From: an uncultured Ignavibacteriales bacterium
GTDB taxonomy: Bacteria; Zixibacteria; MSB-5A5; GN15; FEB-12
Reading direction: 5' to 3'
NCBI GenBank assembly: GCA_964642435.1
Contig: CAZXRO010000002.1
Location: 5,464 to 39,287, forward strand
DNA: 33,824 nt
In this document: positions 1 to 8,074 of the stretch, piece by piece
Position numbering within the stretch: position 1 is the first letter of the stretch
Layout of the letters: the number at the start of each line of letters is the position of its first letter
The notes under the pieces: generated by a model
Seen by the model: only the letters and a program-made list of their open reading frames with translations
The model's database searches: none
Told to the model about the DNA's origin: nothing
Position numbers and translations under genes: made by a program

Positions 1-165
1 GCCATTGCGCTCATTGGCCCTTGGCTGGCGGGTTGTATAGCTTATCGAGAAGCGCCAGCCCTGCTTGCGGCGGGTCGGGCTGAGCAGCTTGTGGCAGATA
101 GAAGTCTTGCCACCTCCAGAAGGTGAGGAAATGATGACTATTTTGCCCTTGTCTACCCTGCTCAT
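1..165 (-). CDS. gmk: Guanylate kinase, N-terminal 55 codons only (gene continues past the left edge)
   Basis: Own translation of the minus strand from the ATG at 163-165 gives MSRVDKGKIVIISSPSGGGKTSICHKLLSPTRRKQGWRFSISYTTRQPRANERNG. It has the P-loop SPSGGGKT and the S-x-TTR-x-PR-x-x-E-x-x-G guanylate-kinase motif. It lies 24 nt downstream of yicC, a common yicC-gmk arrangement. It is too short in-window to appear in the ORF track. Confidence 0.8.
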   Translation of the reverse strand, partial: MSRVDKGKIVIISSPSGGGKTSICHKLLSPTRRKQGWRFSISYTTRQPRANERNG

Positions 166-189
166 TATATATGGCGCTCTTTGTGAAGC

Positions 190-1065
190 TTATTCGACGT
201 TCTGGACCTGCTCACGCAGTCGTTCAATTTCTTCTTTGATAGATATCACTGTCGAGGCAATCTCTGGCAGTGATGTCTTGGAGGCGATGGTATTGGCCTC
301 GCGATTCATTTCCTGGAGGATAAAATTGAGGCGCTTACCGACCGGCTCTTTCAGTCCGACCGTCCTTCGGTATTCGACGATGTGGCTTCTGAGGCGCACA
401 CATTCCTCGGTAACATCGGTCTTTTCCGCGTGCAGGGCGATTTCTTCCTCCAGTCGGTCCTGATCGGGCACGGGAGCATCCATGAGCTGCTGAATGCGGG
501 TGCGGATTTTGTCGCGGTAGGCCTGAGTCATCTGCGGGGCGACAGCTTCGACCTCCCTGGTGAGGTCCTCTATCTTCTTGAGCCGCTGGCGCATATCTTT
601 GGCAAGGGCCTCTCCCTCGCGTTTGCGCATCCGGATCATGGCTTTGACAGCGGCAGAGATGGCCTTTTGCAGCGGAGGCCAGAACTCGTCGTCGTCGACC
701 GAGACCCGCTCGGGATTGGTAACATCGGGAAGAATCAGCAGATCCTGCAGGCTGATCTCATGGACTATCCCGAGTTCCTTGTGTATGTCCTCAAGCTGCT
801 GGTAGTAAGCGCGGGCAGCGGCCTTGTTCAGTCGATAGCGTCCCGGGGCATTTTCCGGTTCCTCGAACGCGACATAGATATGTACTTTGCCCCGATTGAG
901 CAAGCTGGAGATTTCTTCGCGCACGCGCGACTCAAGCGAGAAGAACTGGCGCGGCAACCGCGGGGACAGCTCCAGATAGCGGTTGTTGACACTGTTCATC
1001 TCGACCGTGAACGTGCCGAGCTTTGATTTGACTTCGGCCTTGCCGAAGCCGGTCATGGAATGCAT
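190..1065 (-). CDS. yicC: YicC family stress-induced protein (YicC-type endoribonuclease family)
   Basis: 291-aa ORF. The N-terminus MHSMTGFGKAE matches the family hallmark SMTGFG. The C-terminal EANTIASKT...IKEEIERLREQVQNVE is typical of the YicC C-terminal domain. A GAAGAGG Shine-Dalgarno (SD) sequence lies about 10 nt upstream of the ATG. Confidence 0.9.
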   Translation of the reverse strand: MHSMTGFGKAEVKSKLGTFTVEMNSVNNRYLELSPRLPRQFFSLESRVREEISSLLNRGKVHIYVAFEEPENAPGRYRLNKAAARAYYQQLEDIHKELGIVHEISLQDLLILPDVTNPERVSVDDDEFWPPLQKAISAAVKAMIRMRKREGEALAKDMRQRLKKIEDLTREVEAVAPQMTQAYRDKIRTRIQQLMDAPVPDQDRLEEEIALHAEKTDVTEECVRLRSHIVEYRRTVGLKEPVGKRLNFILQEMNREANTIASKTSLPEIASTVISIKEEIERLREQVQNVE

Positions 1066-1164
1066 GCTTTTCTTACCTCTTCAAAACAAGGCCAAGAAAC
1101 GCCTGCCCCCCGTCTTTGTCAACCTCTATAATGTTGTGATGCTGCCGTTTGTGATCCGGCGCTA

Positions 1165-3042
1165 TCAGGCGTCGGTAGGGAAAATCAGTTGGACGCTCAC
1201 TGGCTGGCCCTTGGCAGAGGTGATTGAGATATCGCCCCCGAGCGAATCCACCATACGCCGGATGACGGCCATGGTGGCCTGACTCTGGGAGTCCGGCGAT
1301 CCTGCTGCAGCCGCGTCGGCGCTGAGGTGCATGCCGGTAAACGTGACCAGACAGGTGCCATCGTGACACTCGGCACCGATATCGAGCTTGAGTTTGGCTT
1401 TGGGGTTGGATCGAACGGCGGTTTGCATCAACTGGGCGAAGACGGCCTCTACCTTGCCCGGGTCGGTCCTGACTGTTGGCAGGCTGTCGAAGCGACAACT
1501 TATCTTCACCTGTGGTGTGTGGTGGCGCAGGCGAGTCATGGCCTTCTCGATCAGGGCAGTCAAATCAACATCCTGAGGTTTGGCCGGTTTGGTGGTTACA
1601 TCGAGCATGTACTCCAGATCGCCGAGCATGTCGCGGGCATGGCTGAGGCTTGAGTGAAGCCGCGTCTTAACGGAGGCTGAAGATTCCTCATCCTGTTCGG
1701 TCGATTGCTGGTCGATTTCGTTGGAGGCAGTGCCAGCCTCGGTGACAGCCGCCCGCAGATTGTGAACAGCATCAATCCAGAACTGCCCGTCGCCGGGTGC
1801 TGCCGAGATGTTGCCCATAGCCGGAGCGCGGTGCGGCACCAAGGCGAAACAGGCCGAGCGATCGTCGCTGTCAAAAGACAAGCGTACAACAGTGAGGTCG
1901 GCGGTCGACTTATCCGGCAACCGCACTGGCAATTTAAGATCAAGGGGGGCTTGAGGATCAAGCGGTGAGTTAAAGTAATCCTGAAAGAGTCCGACCAAAT
2001 CGTTGCCATCGGCAGCCTTCAAGAGCAAGCCGAAGTTATGGAAACTTCCCTCGGGCCGACTATTTCCAAGCCATGCAGCCAGGGTGGGGTTGAAGCCGAG
2101 GATGTTGCCATTTCGCTCGGTAAGCAAGGCACCGATTTCGAGAGAGTCGAGAAAGCCAATGGTAAATTTGATGCTCTCATCGATATTGCCGATTTCTTCG
2201 GAGTCCGCGCTGGAGCGGATTCGCTGTATGAGATCAAGCAGCAGACGGGCACGATCGGTCCCCTGTCGGACATCGAATTCTGAGGTTCTGGTATCGAATA
2301 TCATCCTGAAGAGCATTGCTTGCCGGCCGGACACTTCGACCCGCGAGATGAATTCGGTGGGAGCCTCGCCGTTTGTCTCGATAGCCAGTTGAACTGCCTT
2401 CTTATCGGTGTTGGAATAGGCCTCGCCAGTCGAGGCGACGCGGACGTGCAGCGCCGTGGTTTCCGGCAGAGACTGGGATTCGAACTCGGCATCGGTGGAT
2501 CTTCCGACTACCGATCGCGGTTCGAGCCTGTCCTCGTGGATGACGTAGACGGCGGCCTGATGAGCACTGCAAAACGGTACGATAGTGCGCAGCACCTCTT
2601 TCCAGTCATCGGTATCCTCGATCGCCATCAGTTGTGTGAGAACCACAGGATACTGAGAGTCCGCCACGCTCGGTTGCGGTGTGGTCTCGCCAGTGTCCTG
2701 AAGGTGCATGATCAATTGGAAATTCACGGGATTTCCGGCTATGAAATTCAAGGAGGCGATCACGCGGACCGGCCGATGGGTACCATCGCTGGTGACGATT
2801 GCCATATCGGCAGTATCGAAGAACATTTCGTAGTGATTGCGTTGCTCCAGAAGTCGAGCGATCAGCGCCTGGGAATCCGAGGTGATGTAATCTGGCAGAG
2901 GTCTGCCCAGCAGGTCCTCAGTGGAATACCCAAATAGCTTTTCGGTACGCTCATCGATATAGACGAAACGTCCCTTCAGATCGATTTTGCAGACTGCACA
3001 CCGGGTGAATCCAGCGACAGCATGGGGAGAATTGGTTGTCAT
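1165..3042 (-). CDS. PAS-GAF-PAS sensor protein with a histidine-kinase-like C-terminus (ATP-binding motifs look degenerate)
   Basis: 625-aa ORF. There is an N-terminal PAS-like segment (CKIDLKGRFVYIDERTEKLFGYSTEDLLGRPL), a central GAF-like segment and a second PAS-like segment (LLTERNGNILGFNPTLAAWLG). A candidate H-box is AVHNLRAAV. The C-terminus MAVIRRMVDSLGGDISITSAKGQPVSVQLIFP resembles the end of HATPase_c. The N-box (FAQLMQTAVRS), G1 (VTFTGMH) and G2 (SQSQATM) lack the canonical Asn, DxGxG and GxGLG residues. Confidence 0.7.
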   Translation of the reverse strand: MTTNSPHAVAGFTRCAVCKIDLKGRFVYIDERTEKLFGYSTEDLLGRPLPDYITSDSQALIARLLEQRNHYEMFFDTADMAIVTSDGTHRPVRVIASLNFIAGNPVNFQLIMHLQDTGETTPQPSVADSQYPVVLTQLMAIEDTDDWKEVLRTIVPFCSAHQAAVYVIHEDRLEPRSVVGRSTDAEFESQSLPETTALHVRVASTGEAYSNTDKKAVQLAIETNGEAPTEFISRVEVSGRQAMLFRMIFDTRTSEFDVRQGTDRARLLLDLIQRIRSSADSEEIGNIDESIKFTIGFLDSLEIGALLTERNGNILGFNPTLAAWLGNSRPEGSFHNFGLLLKAADGNDLVGLFQDYFNSPLDPQAPLDLKLPVRLPDKSTADLTVVRLSFDSDDRSACFALVPHRAPAMGNISAAPGDGQFWIDAVHNLRAAVTEAGTASNEIDQQSTEQDEESSASVKTRLHSSLSHARDMLGDLEYMLDVTTKPAKPQDVDLTALIEKAMTRLRHHTPQVKISCRFDSLPTVRTDPGKVEAVFAQLMQTAVRSNPKAKLKLDIGAECHDGTCLVTFTGMHLSADAAAAGSPDSQSQATMAVIRRMVDSLGGDISITSAKGQPVSVQLIFPTDA

Positions 3043-3052
3043 ACAGAGCCGA

Positions 3053-5029
3053 TCAGTCGGTTTTGAGCAACTTCAACCGGGTAGTGTGACGATCGGTTTG
3101 CACCAGGGCAATATAGACCCCGGGAGCGACCTGACGTCCATGCCGGTTCGTTCCATACCATGTTATGTCATCGGCAGATACCCCTGAACTATTGACCCGT
3201 TCCCACACTATTTCGCCCGAGGCGGCAAACACTGTCACATTTTGTAGCATACCGGCCTCGGGTCGGATGAAGAGACGCACCGAGTCGGCGAAGGGATTGG
3301 GGCCGGCATAGATGAGGCCGGACTCGGCAACGTAGAGGCCGATGTTAACCCATTGGGTGTCGGCAAAGTAGCCGAGGTCGGCGATGATTCCAATGCGCTC
3401 GGTTAGATTCATTTCGCGGTTGGCCCGGACTACGATCTCCCCCCGGCCGTCACCCTCATCGTTGACGGTCACGCCCGATGGGAGCGAAATGCCGGTGATG
3501 ACGGGCGGAGTCTCGATCCAACCGGTGGTCATGATGGGTACTGCCCTGGTCTCATCCAGGGACACATCCACGTTGTCGATCGGCAGGATACGGACAATGT
3601 TCGCGGCGCGGGTGGCGTTGTACAGACCGTAGCCAAAGTCATTGTTGGGATTGGAGGCCATGTTTCCGGTCTGGCGGATGAGATGCGCCAAGGTGGCTGC
3701 GGTGAGGGTGGAGTCGTGCTCGAGGGCCAGGGCAGCCCCGCCTGCGACTAATGGAGCCGCCAGTGACGTCCCCCCGGCAATGGTGTAGTTGCCGATATTG
3801 CGGGCCGTGACGACACTGTTGCCGAGCGTCGTGATGTCAGGCTTGATGCGGCCATCATAGGTGGGACCGGGCGAGGAGAAGCTGGCGAGCGAGGAATCGG
3901 TCAGGGCAGCGCCGACGGCAATGACGGAGTCGCCATCGGCGGGCGTGGTAACATGATTCCACGCAGTATTGCGGGTGTTTCCTGCCGACGTGATCACGAG
4001 AATGTTCTTCGAGGCGGCCCAGTCGGCGGCACGGGTGGTGACAGCGGTGTTACCGTCGAGCTCGGAGAAGTCATAGCCGGTGCCATCGTTGAAGGTATAG
4101 TAGCCGAGCGAGGAGCTAATGATATCGGCGCCGAGGGAATCGGCCCACTCAGCGGCGGCGAGCCAGTTGTCTTCTTCGCGTCGGATCTCGACACCATTGC
4201 AGACGATCTCGGTCTTGGCCAGAGCATAGTCGGCGCCGTATGCGACTCCAATCAGGTTCCCCGGCTTGAAACCACCGACAGCGCCGAGGACAAGAGTACC
4301 GTGGAAGTCCTGCCAGTTGCCAGAGAAGGCCTCAGGGCAGTCGGCGCCGCGCACGGTGTCATCATCGTTAATGAAGTCGTATTGAGCTACCAGGTTGAGG
4401 GAATCGAAGGCCTCATGGTCGTATTCGAAACCGGAATCCAGCAGCGCAATAAGGACACCGCGGCCAGTCAGGCCGATCTGGTGTAGTTGTCGTGCGCGAC
4501 AGAACTGAACCTGGCGAAGGCTATTGCCGTAGTCGGTGTCCTCGGGCGGTTCGGTCTGAAAGCGGGGCGATTCCTGCAGGTTGACAACAGGAGCAGGTGC
4601 GACCATGGTCGGCAGCAGGTCAAGGCTATCGACAAACGGCAATTGCTGCAGGTCTGCAAGTTGCTCCGCGGTGGCATCGACAGAGACAGCGCAGAGCCAC
4701 CGCGATGCACGGCGGAGGGTATCGACGAGCGGTTTGATCTGGGCGATGATATCCTGTCGGATCGGGTAGTCGAGGGAGTCAACCAGCAGACTGTGGGGGT
4801 CGACCCGGGAACGTCGCTGCAGAGCGCGATCAGTGAAGGCGACCGGAACAGAGTCGCGCGATTCCGGCGAGAGGTACACCCAGATGCACTGCTCGGCCTG
4901 TGGATCTACTGCGACTCGGCTGGCAAGTCGTTTGGTCATGGGGGCGGTGGTACCCGAGGCGAGACTTGCTGCAAGAAAGGTAAGGATCAGTGCTATGGCA
5001 AAGCTATCGTGGCAACGGCGTGAAGGCAT
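3053..5029 (-). CDS. Secreted subtilisin-like serine protease (peptidase S8) with a T9SS/FlgD-Ig-type C-terminal domain
   Basis: Catalytic motifs are all present: Asp in VLIALLDSGF, His in FHGTLVLGAVGG, oxyanion Asn in ITSAGNT, Ser in GGTSLAAPLVAGGAALAL. A signal peptide follows the Met at 5029 ([26 protein letters not shown]). The last ~80 aa (GPNPFADSVRLFI...VTVFAASGEIVWER...WYGTNRHGRQVAPGVYIALV) look like a C-terminal sorting/Ig domain. The longest ORF would start at 5110, but that extension has no signal peptide and overlaps the upstream gene by 107 nt. Confidence 0.9.
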   Translation of the reverse strand: MPSRRCHDSFAIALILTFLAASLASGTTAPMTKRLASRVAVDPQAEQCIWVYLSPESRDSVPVAFTDRALQRRSRVDPHSLLVDSLDYPIRQDIIAQIKPLVDTLRRASRWLCAVSVDATAEQLADLQQLPFVDSLDLLPTMVAPAPVVNLQESPRFQTEPPEDTDYGNSLRQVQFCRARQLHQIGLTGRGVLIALLDSGFEYDHEAFDSLNLVAQYDFINDDDTVRGADCPEAFSGNWQDFHGTLVLGAVGGFKPGNLIGVAYGADYALAKTEIVCNGVEIRREEDNWLAAAEWADSLGADIISSSLGYYTFNDGTGYDFSELDGNTAVTTRAADWAASKNILVITSAGNTRNTAWNHVTTPADGDSVIAVGAALTDSSLASFSSPGPTYDGRIKPDITTLGNSVVTARNIGNYTIAGGTSLAAPLVAGGAALALEHDSTLTAATLAHLIRQTGNMASNPNNDFGYGLYNATRAANIVRILPIDNVDVSLDETRAVPIMTTGWIETPPVITGISLPSGVTVNDEGDGRGEIVVRANREMNLTERIGIIADLGYFADTQWVNIGLYVAESGLIYAGPNPFADSVRLFIRPEAGMLQNVTVFAASGEIVWERVNSSGVSADDITWYGTNRHGRQVAPGVYIALVQTDRHTTRLKLLKTD

Positions 5030-6653
5030 GGAACAACTCTGTTTCGGGCTGTGGAATACGTGTTCTGGTATACTTGAGGCGGAAGAGATTATCGGAGCGA
5101 TCGGGATCATTGAGTCTGTGGTTGGGGTCGAGCACCCGTCCCCAGTCGTCTCTCACGTACTTTGATTCTGATGGGAGGCACGTCAAGGACGCGAACAGAT
5201 CGGCAGGATCTATATAGCCTCGGCGTCCTTTCTTCAGCCAATCGCGAAGTCTCTTGTTGAAAGTGCTGTCGCCGAGGGATTGGCGGATCTTCTCAAGCCG
5301 CGCGGGATATAGAAGCAAGTTGCGATTGATAAGGCCGGTATCATTGACCTGCAGATCGAGCCGCCGTTGCTGCTCCCACTGCTGGAAGTCCCTGGTACTG
5401 ATCGGCCCCGACGGAGATTCCGCAATGCGATGAGTGAAGTACCGGACAAGGCCGTGTTCGAAACCGCCGTACGTGTTGGTGTCTGAAGACCAGATCGGTG
5501 GCAACCAGAGCCGGATGAGGGAACGGGCGGCGTTGACTCGGGCGGTCGCGGGATTGTCAGACAGGTTGCAGAAGGCAAGATGTGCGTAGCCGGTCTCAGG
5601 TGTCGGTGCGTCGACGACAACCACAGCCAGTCGGTTCGATCCTGGCCAACCGAGGAGGCGTGAGAGCCAGCGGGTGGTCTGGTGGACAGTGTTGGTTAGA
5701 TCGGTGCTAATCGACATATCCTCCTGCTCTGGATAGAATAGATCGATCTGAAGAGAGTCGTATATGATGCGGTCCGTACGCCAGGAGGTACCGACGGCAA
5801 GGGGCAGATTGGTGGTGTGGTTTGCCTTGATGTAGTATGACTTCTCGCCATCTGCGAAGATTGGATCGTAGGTATAGGTACCGAAGTTCAGGTAGCGACC
5901 ATCGGTGATGTTGTAGAAGACAGTGTCGTGGCCCGGATGTGCTTGCGGCAGGAAACCGAAGTGCTCTTTCTCGTTGAGCAGCCTGCCCGCATAGGCAAGA
6001 AAGTGCGCAGTATCGAGCGTAATGGCGACTTCAACCTGCGAGATGGCAAGGGGATACCGAGCGGCATCGTGCGCGGCACCGCTTGTGTCGCTGTGAGTGG
6101 ACAGTGCCCGGGGATCAAGAATGCGCGGAAACCACCGGGGAATCATCCATAGCTCCGGCACATTGGGGCTGGATGTAACGAGTTCGCCGCTGAGGAAGAG
6201 CGCAGTCACCTGATTCGGCACCATAGGAGCATGGAGTCGAGTCTGAAGATGTCTGGTGTCGACAAACTGAATCTGTTCCGGTTCGAGTGGGACGGCTCGG
6301 TGACTGATGGAATCAATGAAGAAGCCTGATACAGATTCTTGCAGTGAGTCTCGGGGTCCCCGGTAGGTCTTAGCGGGGAGACGCCATATAAGCGAATGAA
6401 CCGTGTCATTGCCGCGATGATGGTAAATCAGTTCCATGGAGAAGCGTACCAGGCTCGATTCTGGCAGCAGCGTTATCTCGAGCGTGTAGGCAGCCGATGG
6501 GCGGGTGCTGGGTGCAAGCAGCGACTGCCAATCGTGGTCGTGATGGTGGTCGTGTTCATGCTCGTGCGACGGCTGCTGGGCGGAGGCCAGATTGCACCAT
6601 CCAATCGGAAGCGCAAGGATCATTAACAGCGTCAGCCGACTCACAATCATCAT
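5004..6653 (-). CDS. Secreted 549-aa protein with an N-terminal His/acidic tract; M1/gluzincin-like layout with the zinc-site residues substituted (hypothetical)
   Basis: Signal peptide [25 protein letters not shown]|QQ, followed by [12 protein letters not shown] (nt 6531-6566). The M1-like N-terminal pattern is [24 protein letters not shown]. In the place of xHExxHxW-18 aa-E sits ARSLIRLW...[11 protein letters not shown]. Its ATG overlaps the ABC ATPase stop as ATGA. The CDS is well supported; the function is an inference. Confidence 0.7.
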   Translation of the reverse strand: MMIVSRLTLLMILALPIGWCNLASAQQPSHEHEHDHHHDHDWQSLLAPSTRPSAAYTLEITLLPESSLVRFSMELIYHHRGNDTVHSLIWRLPAKTYRGPRDSLQESVSGFFIDSISHRAVPLEPEQIQFVDTRHLQTRLHAPMVPNQVTALFLSGELVTSSPNVPELWMIPRWFPRILDPRALSTHSDTSGAAHDAARYPLAISQVEVAITLDTAHFLAYAGRLLNEKEHFGFLPQAHPGHDTVFYNITDGRYLNFGTYTYDPIFADGEKSYYIKANHTTNLPLAVGTSWRTDRIIYDSLQIDLFYPEQEDMSISTDLTNTVHQTTRWLSRLLGWPGSNRLAVVVVDAPTPETGYAHLAFCNLSDNPATARVNAARSLIRLWLPPIWSSDTNTYGGFEHGLVRYFTHRIAESPSGPISTRDFQQWEQQRRLDLQVNDTGLINRNLLLYPARLEKIRQSLGDSTFNKRLRDWLKKGRRGYIDPADLFASLTCLPSESKYVRDDWGRVLDPNHRLNDPDRSDNLFRLKYTRTRIPQPETELFHAFTPLPR

Positions 6654-7393
6654 GAGAGCACCTTGGCCAGGAAGTCGCGGGTGCGCGGGTTGGTGGGATT
6701 GTGCAAGATGTCATCGGGACGTCCGGTTTCGACGACGCGCCCGGAGTCGATAAAGACGATGCGATGGGCTACCTCGCGGGCGAAGCCGATCTCGTGGGTA
6801 ACGACCAGCATGGTCATACCGTCGGCGGCGAGACTCTTCATCACCTCGAGCACCTCGCCGACCATTTCGGGATCGAGGGCGGACGTGGCCTCATCGAACA
6901 TCATGATTTTGGGATTCATGGCCAGCGCGCGGGCGATGGCGACTCGTTGTTTCTGTCCGCCAGAGAGCTGTGCGGGGTGGGCGTTGAACTTGTCGGCCAA
7001 ACCGACCTTGGTGAGCAGATCGCGGGCAATGCGGGTTGCCTCGGTCCGTGAACGTTTGCGTACCACGCGCTGGGCGAGGCTGATGTTCTCCTCGGCGGTC
7101 AGGTGCGGGAAGAGATTGAATTGCTGAAAGACCATGCCGACTTCGAGCCGAATCTGGTGAACGTGCTTGAGGGAGTGATCGAGCCGGACGCCATCGATGA
7201 TGACCTCACCCGACTGGATTTCTTCGAGCGCATTGAGACATCGCAACAGCGTCGACTTGCCGGAACCCGACGGTCCGATAATCACCACAACCTCTCCCCT
7301 TCTGACTGACAGGGACAGGTCATCGATGGCGACAATATCGCCAAAGCGGCAGGTGATGCCCTTGATGTCAATTATTGTATCGTGTGCTTCCAT
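6650..7393 (-). CDS. Polar amino acid ABC transporter, ATP-binding protein (GlnQ/HisP/ArtP type)
   Basis: Walker [15 protein letters not shown]-loop, signature [16 protein letters not shown], Walker [15 protein letters not shown] and H-loop VVTHEIGFA. At 247 aa it is typical of this subfamily. Confidence 0.95.
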   Translation of the reverse strand: MEAHDTIIDIKGITCRFGDIVAIDDLSLSVRRGEVVVIIGPSGSGKSTLLRCLNALEEIQSGEVIIDGVRLDHSLKHVHQIRLEVGMVFQQFNLFPHLTAEENISLAQRVVRKRSRTEATRIARDLLTKVGLADKFNAHPAQLSGGQKQRVAIARALAMNPKIMMFDEATSALDPEMVGEVLEVMKSLAADGMTMLVVTHEIGFAREVAHRIVFIDSGRVVETGRPDDILHNPTNPRTRDFLAKVLS

Positions 7394-8054
7394 ATCCAGA
7401 AATTGCGACTCGCCGTTCGACCCATCGGACCAGGCGTGTCAGTGTCAATGTGAGCGCCAGATAGATCAGGCCAACCATGAGCCAGGTGTGAAAGTCCAGG
7501 AAGTGTTGTGACGTGTACTCCCGTCCGGCACGGGTGAGTTCGCGCAGGCCGATGATTGATACGAGGGATGAATCCTTGAGACAGGCGATAAACTCATTGG
7601 CAGCGGGCGGCACGACAATACGGACTGACTGCGGGAGGATGATGTGGCGAAGGGTCTGCCAGCGGGTCATCCCGAGGGCCTTGGCTGCCTCGTGCTGACC
7701 GTAGTCGATGGCCTGTATGCCAGAGCGGAAGATCTCGGCCATATAGGCACCATAGCAGACGCCGACAGCCAGGACACCGGCCACGAAACGATCGAGGTTG
7801 ATGATCTTCCCCAGGCCGAAGTAGACGAAGAAGATCAGTACCAGCAGCGGGACGCCGCGCAGGACATTGATGTAGGCACCGGCAAGCCAGCGCACGAGAC
7901 GGTTGGGCCAGATGCGGGCGATTCCAAAGACGGCGCCGCAGATGACCGCAAGTGCATAGGCAGCGATGCTTATCAGGAGGGTCCAATGGACAACCTGCAG
8001 GAGGTAGTAGGAAATGTCGGTGAGAATCGCGAATTGTGTGGCAAGCCAATCCAT
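7368..8054 (-). CDS. Polar amino acid ABC transporter permease (His/Glu/Gln/Arg/opine family)
   Basis: 228-aa polytopic protein. It has the family pattern [20 protein letters not shown] and the EAA loop [22 protein letters not shown]. It overlaps the ATPase start by 26 nt. Confidence 0.95.
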   Translation of the reverse strand: MDWLATQFAILTDISYYLLQVVHWTLLISIAAYALAVICGAVFGIARIWPNRLVRWLAGAYINVLRGVPLLVLIFFVYFGLGKIINLDRFVAGVLAVGVCYGAYMAEIFRSGIQAIDYGQHEAAKALGMTRWQTLRHIILPQSVRIVVPPAANEFIACLKDSSLVSIIGLRELTRAGREYTSQHFLDFHTWLMVGLIYLALTLTLTRLVRWVERRVAISGYGSTRYNN

Positions 8055-8074
8055 AGTGTACTACGCGGTGGCGG

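Noticed and set aside
5030-5110. Longest-ORF N-terminal extensions of several genes: S8 protease to 5110, AsmA to the TTG at 10981, DUF2064-like to the TTG at 29957, DsbD to the GTG at 32052.
   Set aside because: The internal ATG starts give proper signal peptides or family-typical N-termini, with SD-like sequences or a promoter-compatible position. The extensions add non-homologous residues or overlap the upstream gene or the -10 box. These choices remain uncertain by a few dozen nt.
6531-6566. HEHEH within the N-terminal His tract matches the HExxH zinc-metalloprotease regular expression.
   Set aside because: It sits in a 12-residue His/Asp/Glu low-complexity tract immediately after the signal peptide, not in a helix of a peptidase domain. 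The position equivalent to the M1 HExxH is RSLIR. I treat it as a possible metal-binding tract, not an active site.
5004-6653. The 549-aa secreted protein as a family-5 (oligopeptide/nickel) solute-binding protein for the adjacent ABC transporter, given its size and position.
   Set aside because: The adjacent permease and ATPase are polar-amino-acid type, which pairs with ~250-aa family-3 binding proteins. The sequence pattern fits an M1-peptidase-like layout better than any binding-protein pattern I recognise.
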